A stretch of 63,360 nucleotides of DNA, counting the filler, from Octopus bimaculoides (Eukaryota), in NCBI RefSeq assembly GCF_001194135.2. It is 8 parts of 6 records of this genome, joined end to end, with 100 filler letters (N's around TTAATTAATTAA, not from the genome) between each part and the next. Parts side by side here need not be neighbours in the genome. Positions count along the whole stretch, not along the records: positions 9,625 to 37,073 come from NC_068981.1; 7 more parts are not named here. The stretch is one strand, 5' to 3'. The notes beneath the pieces are model-generated. The model was not told where the DNA came from. It saw only the letters and a list, made by a program, of their open reading frames with translations, and did not search any database. Position numbers and translations under genes: made by a program. This document shows positions 26,039 to 36,455 of this stretch, piece after piece (within the stretch, counting starts at the first letter, position 1; the number at the start of each line of letters is the position of its first letter).

Positions 26039-26087
26039 TATGTTTCTCTAGAAAAAAAAAACAGTGCAAACTGATTTGCTTCCTTCA

Positions 26088-26237
26088 AACCAAGTGGTTG
26101 CTTCCCAACCACTTGGTTCTGGGTTCAGCCCCACTGCATGGCACTTTCAGTAAGTGACTTCTATTATAGCTTAGAGTCGACCAAAGCCTTGTGAGTTGAT
26201 TTGGCAGACGAAAACTGAAAGTAGCTTGTCGTGTGTA

Positions 26238-26333
<96 letters not shown>

Positions 26334-26462
26334 AGTGTGTGTGCGTGTGTCATTGTGTCTGTGTTTGTCCACCCATCACGGCTTGACAACCGGTGTTAGT
26401 GTGTTTACGTCCCCGTAACTTGGCGGTTCGGCAAAATTAACCGATAGAATAAGTATTAGGCT
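26088..26462 (+). mobile_element. family A SINE, 3'-truncated
   Basis: Head, core, long internal (TG)n and body are present. It ends abruptly at GATAGAATAAGTATTAGGCT. Confidence 0.85.
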
Positions 26463-26719
26463 ACCGACTTCCTTTAACTTACAACTGAAAAGCTTCCAAG
26501 CCTAAAGAGTATTGCTGATGACAATACTTTTTAGCCTTGGAAGCTTTTCGCGCTCAAGAGTCATCCACGCACAATCTGGATACCCCACGACGAATGCTCA
26601 CTGCTTTCTTGAATAGGAACTTCGACTATAACGTACCGTATAAATCTGGAGATGTTAGCCTAGCTTGTTTCATTTTAACAGCACCATCATTACACATTTT
26701 TAATTTGTCTGATCTTGTG

Positions 26720-27125
26720 GAAGCAGTTGTATTATTCAAGGTGATGCTTGAGTTACTGGAAGTGAGTGCGGCATGGTGATACTTGGCATGGTCAGCAGGA
26801 GTTGCGTTTCTTGGGAATGGAACTCACCGCAGAGGGTCTCTAAAAATTAGGGTATATCTCTATATTGAGAAAAGTAGATTGAAGTATTTGGTGATGATTG
26901 GGGTTAGTTCTGTGAAGCAATGTTTGAGGATAATGGAGGAGACACTTTCAAGAACAGATGTGCTTTAGCAAATTATTTGTATGTGTGCATGATAGTGAGC
27001 TTAGTGGAGTGAAAATAGGAAATTTTGGAGGATATTTATCAAGTGTTTGCGGTGTAGAGATAAACTTTCTCTGTAGGTTTACCGCTTACAAAATCGTTGA
27101 GAAAATTATTGGATTTCGCCCAACT
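26720..27125 (-). mobile_element. CR1/L2-group LINE RT N-terminal fragment, decayed
   Basis: Minus strand IILKHCFTELTPIITKYFNL...VPFPRNATPADHAKYHHAALTS resembles IVLK.C..EL.P..LF....PIPK.GD.S.P.NYRPIALTS. Confidence 0.55.
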
Positions 27126-27127
27126 TA

Positions 27128-27325
27128 CGAGGGGCTACTGAATCGTTCCTGGTTTTAAAGGGTCTCGCGAAATGCCTAGTTGGAGGTCCAAACTTCCGAA
27201 AAACTAAAGAACTGCTGCAATAAGTGTAGGAATCTGAAAAGGGAATATGTTGAAAAAAATCAAAATTAACTGATCCTTCTGTATTTTCTTTTACCCAAAG
27301 CCAGGAACTTTTCAGCACCCACTCG
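27128..27325 (+). mobile_element. mariner-derived MITE (~198 bp), TA-flanked
   Basis: TA|CGAGGGGCTACTGAATCGTTCCTGGTTTT at the left and AAAGCCAGGAACTTTTCAGCACCCACTCG|TA at the right are imperfect TIRs. The interior retains the transposase C-terminus (CNKCRNLKREYVEK). Confidence 0.85.
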
Positions 27326-27574
27326 TACTCTACTTACAGTCATTGTTCCGCTGAAATAGACCGCTACATTTGTTGCCATCTAGTTTTCCGACTACATACT
27401 CCATGATCGCAACAAATCCTCCAAACCTCTCCTACACCGCTCCTTCCCTACTATCTTGATTATGTGTGAAACCTATTCCTACAACTGCAGCCAAGAGGAC
27501 CTCCCTGCTGTTCCCCTCAAGCAGTACCTCCAGAACAAAACCGTTATCCGTAAAGTTATTCATTTTCTATCTTC

Positions 27575-27578
<4 letters not shown>

Positions 27579-27629
<51 letters not shown>

Positions 27630-27703
27630 CTCCCTGTCTCTCCCTCTCTCTTTTTGTTTATTTTCATTCACTCTTTCTCTATGCGCACATACTTTCTGTC
27701 ACT

Positions 27704-27752
<49 letters not shown>

Positions 27753-27793
27753 TCTCTCTCACTCTCTCTCTTTCTCTCTCTGTCACTCCCTCC

Positions 27794-27829
<36 letters not shown>

Positions 27830-27839
27830 TTCTCTCTCC

Positions 27840-27877
<38 letters not shown>

Positions 27878-28008
27878 TTCTCTCTCCCTCTCTCTCTTTC
27901 TCTCTCTGTCTCTCCCTCTCTCTCTCTCTCTCACACACATTCTCTCTCACTCTCTGTCATTCTCTTTCTGTCTCTCTCTCTGTCTCTCTGTCTCTCTCTC
28001 TCTCTCTT

Positions 28009-28089
<81 letters not shown>
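27579..28089. repeat. long compound (CT)n/(CA)n tract
   Basis: Directly visible. It produces the spurious poly-SL ORFs. Confidence 0.95.
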
Positions 28090-28091
<2 letters not shown>

Positions 28092-28199
28092 AGGAAGTTA
28101 TTTAAATCTTCGCAAACATGTGTCTCAGTCTCACCAAAACGTAAGCTATCTGTCCTTGTGAACTATCGACTTCTGCATCTGATTTCAGTATCTTACAGA

Positions 28200-28410
28200 C
28201 GATTGAAATGTTGTTAACTTCTTTATCATTTTGATTATCTCTCCCATATCTCAGGTGAACAGGAGACTTGCTCTCCTATGTTACTTTCTAGTGAATCCCA
28301 GCTCTTTAGAATTTCAACAGAAGCCTGTCCAGTACGCGAACCTCCGAGCTAACAATCCTGCCTATGACTTCTATTTGTCTCTCGTTGCCTGGATCGAAAG
28401 CTACTTGATA
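28200..28410 (+). mobile_element. probable CR1/L2-group RT remnant
   Basis: PAYDFYLSLVAWIESYL resembles KL.AYG...L..WI.SYL. Otherwise heavily decayed. Confidence 0.35.
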
Positions 28411-29030
28411 TAAATAGTATCGGAACCTGAATCAAGTATCACTCTGTCATTTTAAATGGAGGACACACCAAAAGGATAATATGGCAGTAACACAATCCAT
28501 CATACGTTTTACTGCATCAGGGTTTAATTGGAACTAAGAAGCAAAGGCTTATTCCTGCACCAATCTTCCCTTCTCACATCAAACCCATCGTGCCTCGCAT
28601 TCAAAAGACGTATTAAAATCTTTGCTCAGTTCTTTCACTGCTATAACTTCATTGTCCTTGAGAATTCACTACCATCTTTCATCATCCCATATATTTGTGC
28701 GTGAGTGTGTGCGTGCGTGTGTGAATTGTAAGAAATACAGACTAAAACATCAAACGATATCGACTTCTGAGAAAGACCTGCAAAGATTTCATTACTGTTC
28801 CTCTGGCTCAAAATAAAATACAAAAATTGAATTCAAACAAAAAAGAACGCTTGGTTGCTTAGTTTTAAGAATAGTAGACGATTGGATGTTATCCTGAACG
28901 AATTTTAACAGCCATTTGGTATTACGATAATACCAAAAGCGGCGATAATGGGGATAACTATGGCATATAAAATAAAAGCGGTATATTGTATTTTATTTAA
29001 CTATTCTATTTTATTGATTCCAGGCAGTGA

Positions 29031-29108
<78 letters not shown>

Positions 29109-29172
29109 CAACAACAACAACAACATCGAAAAATACCTTCGGAATGAGAACCCAGGTTCGAAATTTCCCTAA

Positions 29173-29213
29173 GACACCTGATGAAGGCTGGAGGACATAT
29201 AAGCCGAAACGCT
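29173..29213 (+). ncRNA. hammerhead ribozyme motif in 5' pLTR, damaged
   Basis: GACAC-CTGATGA-A-GGCT..AGCC-GAAAC is present. The cleavage triplet and helix I 3' strand are missing because ~20 nt are deleted relative to the 3' pLTR copy. Confidence 0.65.
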
Positions 29214-30482
29214 GACAAATATCCGTCAAATGTAAATAATGTAAATAATGTACATAATTCCTCATCTCTTAAATATAGAACTGCATTATCTAATCGATAC
29301 GGTAGGAAAATAACCAGAGATGATGATAGAAAGAAAATCCGACATGATCTAGAAACGTTGTATATGAAAGAATTTGAAATGGTGAAGACAAGCTAGATTA
29401 AGAAGTTTATGAATCTCAAACGTCAGAGAATGAAGACTGAAGTCCATCACCCCCCTGTGAAAGCAGTAGTTAATCTAAGTAGCCGACATCTAGAAAGCTC
29501 TGAAGAAACAGTACTAAACAAAGGTCTCAACTTTGCGACAACCATCAAGCGTATTCCATACTTGGACATAATAGCCTCTATTGAAGAGAGAGCCGTAAAG
29601 ATACCAAAAAGCTCATGTGAACTCAATAAAGCCATCCATGCAGTTCACAATAGAAAAAAAAGACAATCAGCTGGCATTCCTGGACGTATTAATAACACGC
29701 ACCAAGTATGGATTCAGGACATCCGTATACCGCAAGTCGATCTTCACTGGACGATACCTTAACTTCAATTCCCACCATCCATATAGTGTAAAGAGAGGGA
29801 TTGCTCAGTGTCTAAAACATTGAGCAAAGAATATAAGCAGCGATCGTGATATATACCATGAAGAAATGATCAAGCTCAATAACAATCAGTTAAGCAACAA
29901 CTACCCCAGAAACATACAATCCACTCCAATTATGAAGAAAAAAGAGAATGAAACCAATAAACTGTCCACAGTCTGTTTACCCTATGTGAAAGGCCTTTCC
30001 GAAAAGATACAAAAAATACGCGGCCCATATGACATCAGGACAGTATTCAAGAGCAATACACCACTTCGCAAATATCTCTTTCGGGTAAAACCACCAACAA
30101 AAGAGAACATGACCAAAAATTGCGTGTACTCCATGCCATGCAGCTGTGGTAGGTTATACAAAGCGAAACATGTCGCCCCCTCAAAATAAGGATAGAGGAA
30201 CATCGCAAAGCTGTGACACGAGGAGGTATTGATAATTCGGTTATAGCTGATTATCTATGGAAAAATGGAGACCACCTCCCCCTGTAGGATGAAGTTAAAA
30301 TAATAGACTGAGAACACCACTTGAAAATACGAAAACTAAAAGAAGCAGCACATATGCTAGGACACAACAACCTCCTAAGTAGACCGAGTGCAAATACGAA
30401 TAGCATATGGGGACCGGTATTAAGGAAGGATAGGAAGATATTAGATTTATAAGCCCTAAAAATTTACTCCATGGTTGCCCAC

Positions 30483-30539
30483 GGGCATATGGTTTAGTGG
30501 TTAAGAGCGCGGGCTACTAACCCCAAGATTCTGAGTTCG

Positions 30540-30540
<1 letters not shown>
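30483..30540 (+). promoter_or_regulatory. tRNA-like internal Pol III promoter (A and B boxes) in the PLE 3' repeat
   Basis: A-box TGGTTTAGTGG at 30490-30500, an anticodon-like arm GGG-CTACTAA-CCC, and B-box GAGTTCGA at 30533-30540, cut by (TAA)n. Confidence 0.65.
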
Positions 30541-30575
<35 letters not shown>

Positions 30576-30623
30576 TCGAAAAAATACCTTAGGAATGAGA
30601 ATCCAGGTTCGAAATTTCCCCAA

Positions 30624-30669
30624 GACACCTGATGAAGGCTGGAGGGTATATCAGCCGAAACGTTGTGTT
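30624..30669 (+). ncRNA. minimal type I hammerhead ribozyme in 3' pLTR, apparently intact
   Basis: Helix I GACAC/GTGTT, core CTGATGA plus an extra A, helix II GGCTG/CAGCC, GAAA, palindromic ACGT as helix III, and predicted cleavage after GUU (30662-30664). Confidence 0.8.
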
Positions 30670-30760
30670 AACAACAAAGATGAGGACAAATATCCGTCAA
30701 ATGTAAATAATGTAAACAATTAGTACCTTTGTGATCATTATAATGATTTCGTTTTCTAAC

Positions 30761-30805
<45 letters not shown>

Positions 30806-31143
30806 AATACTTACATATACACGTGTGTGTGTTGTAAATAAAAAAGCATCTATGTCTGTTCATGGAGGATGCACGCTGGTGAGGAAATATATGTGTATAC
30901 TCACATACCCAGGCCAAGAGATACACAGTCATATAAACAAATTGGTATTAGAAATATCAATCAGATTATAAAGAAGACCACAGAAGGAAAAATAGATAGA
31001 TAGATAGATAGATGGATAGAGGGAACGAAAGCTTATGTGAAAGGCTAAGTAAAATTCAAAATAACATAATATATATATATGTGCGAGTGTGGGAATGTCT
31101 ACGTATGTATGTGCCTGTGAGTGTGAGAGTATTTTATAAATGT

Positions 31144-31182
<39 letters not shown>

Positions 31183-31269
31183 CATTCGTATAGATGGATA
31201 GATTTATTGATTGATCTATTGATCGATTGACTAGTGCACGCGGCCGTTCACACACACATATACACATCC

Positions 31270-31475
31270 TTTTTGTAGTTATTTAGCCCCAGGCCAGCAC
31301 TCATGTATCAAAACTGTGATCAAGGGCATGTCAGCCGAGATTATCCCATCAATTTCCTATGTGAAGGACACCAAGGATCTCATTATACGCGGTGTCCTAT
31401 TTTTTAAAGATACCTATGTGAGATTTAGCTGACATTTCTAGTATGTCGAACAACCACTTAGAGGTCGCCTTGTTG
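31270..31475 (+). repeat. fragment of a further dispersed repeat family (related pieces in opposite orientation at ~33930-34015 and ~40330-40390)
   Basis: The GATTTAGCTGACATTTCTAGTATGTCGAACAACCAC segment is roughly the reverse complement of CTAGCTGACAGAAATAGCAGTCAACTCTC (33950) and CTCGACCTTCAGGAAATAACAATCATATCTCCC (40345). Confidence 0.45.
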
Positions 31476-31669
31476 GCATGCATGCATCCTTTTAATATGT
31501 GTGTATGTGTGTGTGCGTGTGTATGTGTGTGTGTGTGTGTGTCTCTCTGTGTTTGCATGTATGTTTTATGTATTTATGTATGTACATGTATGTGTACATA
31601 TGCATGCATACGCACACATGCACACTCGCACGAACACACACACACACATACACACATATATATACACAA

Positions 31670-31729
31670 CTAAGTCACATACTTATATATACCTATATAC
31701 ATATATATATACATACATATATGTATATT

Positions 31730-31774
<45 letters not shown>

Positions 31775-31878
31775 TTGCATATGCATAAGTATGAATACAC
31801 GCACAGATAGATAGATAGATAGATAGATAGATACATACATACATACATACATACATACATACATACATGCATGCATAC

Positions 31879-31914
<36 letters not shown>

Positions 31915-32080
31915 AAGGATGGATTGACGAACGGACGAACAGACGGACGGATGGATGCATGCATGCGTGAATGCATGGATGCATGTATGCATGGATGGAT
32001 GGATGGATGGATGGATGGATGGATGGATGGATGGATGGGTGGATGGGTGGATGGATGGATGGTCGGACGGAGGGACAGAC
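31670..32080. repeat. mosaic tetranucleotide/dinucleotide field (TA, GATA, TACA, TG, GGAT)
   Basis: Directly visible. Confidence 0.9.
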
Positions 32081-32470
32081 GGACCTTCTGACGGATGAGT
32101 ATGCGCTCTGTATCAGTNNNNNNNNNNNNNNNNNNNNNNNNNNNNNNNNNNNNNNNNNNNNNNNNNNNNNNNNNNNNNNNNNNNNNNNNNNNNNNNNNNN
32201 NNNNNNNNNNNNNNNNNNNNNNNNNNNNNNNNNNNNNNNNNNNNNNNNNNNNNNNNNNNNNNNNNNNNNNNNNNNNNNNNNNNNNNNNNNNNNNNNNNNN
32301 NNNNNNNNNNNNNNNNNNNNNNNNNNNNNNNNNNNNNNNNNNNNNNNNNNNNNNNNNNNNNNNNNNNNNNNNNNNNNNNNNNNNNNNNNNNNNNNNNNNN
32401 NNNNNNNNNNNTCTCTCTCTCTCTCTCTCTATTATCTATCTATCTCTTTGCCTGTCTGTCGATCTATCTT

Positions 32471-32566
<96 letters not shown>

Positions 32567-32737
32567 TGTATGTATATTTATCTATTTCACTCATACACTA
32601 TCTGTCTGTCTGTCTTTTGTCTTTCGCTGTTCTTGAATTCATGTCTCCTTTCTTTCTTTCATTTCCTCTAATTTCTCTTTCGATTCAATATCAATTCGTT
32701 TCTATTCTTCCTCATTTTTTTCACTTCTATCTATCTC

Positions 32738-32848
<111 letters not shown>

Positions 32849-33202
32849 CCTTCTATATTCTACCTCTTTTCTTTCTCTAGTTCTTCTCCCACTCCTCTAC
32901 TCCTTCACCACTCTCTTAGCTACCCCATCTCAATTCTTTACAATTCCTCATCTCTATTACAATTTTACTTTCTGCTACTCTCCAGTGTTTCTCCTCACAC
33001 CCTCTCTTTCGTTCTCTCTCTGTTATTCTCACTCTTTCCCTCCCTCCCACCTCTCTCTATCACTCATATCTGCTTCTCCCGTTCCTCCTTTTGCTCTCCT
33101 TTTGCATCTGCTCTTCAAAATTTCCCTCTCTATTTCTGTTTTTCCTTTCTTTCGCTCTCCTGGCTTTCTCATATCACTCTCCCTTCCTCTATCTATCCCT
33201 AA

Positions 33203-33246
<44 letters not shown>

Positions 33247-33550
33247 CTGTGTATACATATATACGTATATACATATATACGTATATACATACACATAAGC
33301 ACATACACACACACATATCCTTCTTCGTTCTTCATCTCTTCGTCCTTTTCTCTTTTCGCTTTGTTTTCTTATAATTTAATTCTGTCATCTCTGCTAACAT
33401 ATTTGTCTGTCTCTTTCCATTTTTCTCTCATTTTCTTTCTTTCTCCCTCTCTCCTTCTCTCTTACTCTCAGTCTTTCTTTTCACACTCTCTTCCTGTCCC
33501 CCCCCCCACCTCAATTTTGTCTTTATATCAGTCAATCAACTCACGCGCGT

Positions 33551-33590
<40 letters not shown>

Positions 33591-33827
33591 CGAATGTTCA
33601 CAAACATTCAACCACATACGCACATAAACGCGAATACATACACGAACAAAGACATCCATTATTACCTTCAACCAAACGATGAGTGCAGCTGTACTGTCGG
33701 CCAGACTAGGGTGGCTACCTTTAATACTGTTTCTGAACCCGGCTAGCGCGTGCATACATACACCCATACACAAATACACAACTCACACACATACACACCC
33801 ACACACATAGGGAGAGAAAAAGTGTCC

Positions 33828-33871
<44 letters not shown>

Positions 33872-34145
33872 GTCTGTCTGTCTGTCTGTCCATCCATCTA
33901 TCTATCTATTTGTTTCTATCAGACCAACGCAGTCACTCTAGCTGACAGAAATAGCAGTCAACTCTCTTTGACCTCATACCCGACCATTTAAAAGGGAAGG
34001 ACATATTGAATCATGTTTTGTATACACCGAGTCTGAAAAAATGTCAGATGCTTTAAATGCTTCTAGTCATGTGTTTGCGCCATCAGAATTTACCGAGGGT
34101 TAAACGACACCATTTTTATCTACCGATGTCTATCTTGCTATCAAT

Positions 34146-34186
<41 letters not shown>

Positions 34187-34320
34187 AATCTATCTATCTA
34201 CATAGACACACACACACATATATATATATATAGAGAGAGAGAGAGACAGACAGATAGACAGACAGACAGATAGATAGACAGACAGACAGATAGATAGACA
34301 GACAGATAGATAGGTAGATA

Positions 34321-34488
34321 CATTTCTTTTATTAGCCACACAGGGCTCAACGAAGATGGGACAAATACAATGTAGAGCTTTTCTTTTTGGGAGGGGGAAA
34401 GGAGAAAAAAAATGAGGGTGTGTCGATCAAAAGGGATCGTAGGAAGGAAAAAAGGGGAGAGTCCGATCAAAAGGGATCGAGAAAAGAA

Positions 34489-34490
<2 letters not shown>
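34321..34490 (-). mobile_element. short retroelement-like 3' end nested in (GATA)n
   Basis: The minus strand ends ..GTGTGGCTAATAAAAGAAATG followed by (TATC)n. GATA arrays lie on both sides, and there are two CGATC-AAAAGG-GATCG hairpins. Confidence 0.45.
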
Positions 34491-34542
<52 letters not shown>

Positions 34543-34859
34543 CAGTGTATCAATTTCTCTGCATTGAAATGTATCGCTTTGTTTACTCTTGGCTTTCATC
34601 TTATTCTTTTATGCGGATATTTCATATATATATATGTGTGTGTGTGTTTGCGTGTGTGCGCACGTGAGTGTGTCTGAGAATACACACACGCGCGCGAGAG
34701 AGAGTTTTCTGCACGGTTTCCGTGAATATGATTCTACGCACCGTATCCCACTATGAGCTCAAGGCCCTTACACGGTGCAATCGATGACTGAATCACACAG
34801 TGGCAAAGCGAACTTCTTAGGGACCCGGCCATAGCTGCGACTATGTAATATTTATGTGT

Positions 34860-34960
34860 GCTTCAAATTCCGCCTAGTTCGACTCTCCTTTTCATCCTTT
34901 CGAGGTCGATAAAATAAGTACCACTTGAACGATGGGGGTCGATATAGCTGGCTTTCTTCC
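34860..34960 (+). mobile_element. Nin/Deu-domain-like SINE fragment
   Basis: TTCAAATTCCGCC..TTCGACT..CCTTTTCATCCTTTCGAGGTCGATAAAATAAGTACCA. Confidence 0.75.
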
Positions 34961-35713
34961 CCCACCCCACACGGCTCCGAAACTGCTGGGTTTATACTAA
35001 AACTTGAAATCAATATTAGTGTGCTTTTGCCTATGTATGTATGTATGTATGTATGTATGTATGTATGTATAGATAGATAGATAGATAGATAGATAGACAC
35101 ACACAATTATGTGCAGGCGTATATATTCTATTCAAATATACATACATATTAGTAATTGATATATTCTATATGGCACACAATTTCTCACTCAGACACACAC
35201 ACAAACACTCATACTTGATGTTTAGTTCTAAAGCGAACAAGTAAATTAAATCTATATCTGATATACAAATCAATAAATTAGATCATACACATATAATACT
35301 ATATAAATGTGTGTCTGTATGTGTGCATGTATTTATTCATCTATAAATGTAAGTATGGGATAACATCTTGATATATGTATGTATATATATATGTGTGTGT
35401 GTGTGCGCGCACGCGTAGGCATGTGTGTATGTATAGATAGATTGATGGATGAATAGCTATAGAGATATTTAGCTCCTTTTCTATGTTTGAGTGACTCTGT
35501 ACATATATGCATATCCATATGTATTAGGTCGTCAAGTAGGAAATTTGTAGAAAGGTATATGGTAAACTTTGACAGCTGCTCATTTTGCGCCATTATTATA
35601 TTCTGACAAACTTTATCTTTTGTTAGAAAGCTGACACATCTATTTCTTTATTCTAACTCATTTTGCGCTTTATAGAGTATCTATAAATCGTTTTTTGCTA
35701 TTTTTGTTTAGAG

Positions 35714-36455
35714 ATGGATAAGCCGGGAGTTCATACAGTTTTGAAATATGAGTTCTTTCTTGGAAATACAGCATCACAGACAGCTCGGAATATTAATGGA
35801 GTATTTCATTCTAATGTTATTGCACAATAGACAGTATTAAATTGGTTTGCAAAATTTCGTTCTGGTAACTTTGACCTCACAAATGAACAACGCAGTCGAC
35901 CAGAAACAAAGGTGTCCGTGAATTATCGTTGTTGTTTGGTGGTAGCAAGCAAACAATATTGACTCACCTGGTTCAAATCGGTAAAGTGAATAAGTTAGAT
36001 AAGTGGGTTCCGCATTAACTCAATGAAAATCAGAAACAGCAACGTTTGGAAACCTACATTATGCTACTTTCTCGTCACAAAAATTAATCGAATTGTAACA
36101 TGTGATGAGAAATGGATCCAATGCAACAACCGTAAACGTTCAGCACAATGGTTGGACAAAGATTAACCACCAAAACACAGTCCAAAATGCAAAATTCATC
36201 AAAAGAAGCTGATGGTGTGTTTGGTGGTCTGGCGCAGGTGCGATCCATTGTGATTTCATTAAACCTGGCTCATCAATCATGGCAGACAATTGAACCAAAT
36301 GATGCAGAAAATTACAAAAAAAAAACAGCCTAGATTAGTCAACAGATCCACTCCTATTTTATTGCAAGACAACGCCAGACCACACATCGGAAAAATGACA
36401 TTGGCGAAATTACAGGAGTTGGAATTGGAAGTTCTCTATCATCCACCATACTCAC
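35714..36455 (+). mobile_element. mariner transposase pseudogene (cecropia/Hsmar1-like)
   Basis: MDK..KYEF.LGNTASQTARNIN..TVLNWFAKFRSGNFDL, KLDKWVPH*L, RIVTCDEKWI, PILLQDNARPH, VLYHPPYS. It is interrupted after YS. Confidence 0.9.

Larger units (their letters stand above)
29016..30720 (+). mobile_element. Penelope-like element (Poseidon/Penelope type), RT core deleted, flanked by direct pLTRs
   Basis: The N-terminal VVNLSSRHL..EETVLNKGLNFA..IP..DIIASIE is followed by a junction near 29612. Then come the RT thumb (NSIKPSMQFTIEKKDNQLAFLDVLI..VYRKSIFTGRYLNFNSHHP), a linker (LPYVKGLSEKIQKI), and GIY-YIG (NCVYSMPCSCGRLYK/ETCRPLKIRIEEHRKA..KLKEA). Direct repeats lie at 29124-29245 and 30573-30715. 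Confidence 0.9.

Noticed and set aside
26515-26521. CTGATGA in the hairpin loop as a hammerhead core or snoRNA C/D box
   Set aside because: There is no helix II-GAAA downstream and no partner box arrangement. The long stem is incompatible with a hammerhead fold.
27328-27545. Continuation of the minus-strand LINE on the far side of the MITE
   Set aside because: I could not read a collinear minus-strand frame. The plus strand only weakly resembles an L2-like C-terminus.
30483-30540. Functional tRNA gene (apparent ACT anticodon)
   Set aside because: The 3' half is missing at this site, the stems are imperfect, and it lies in a retroelement repeat. It is treated as a tRNA-derived promoter only.
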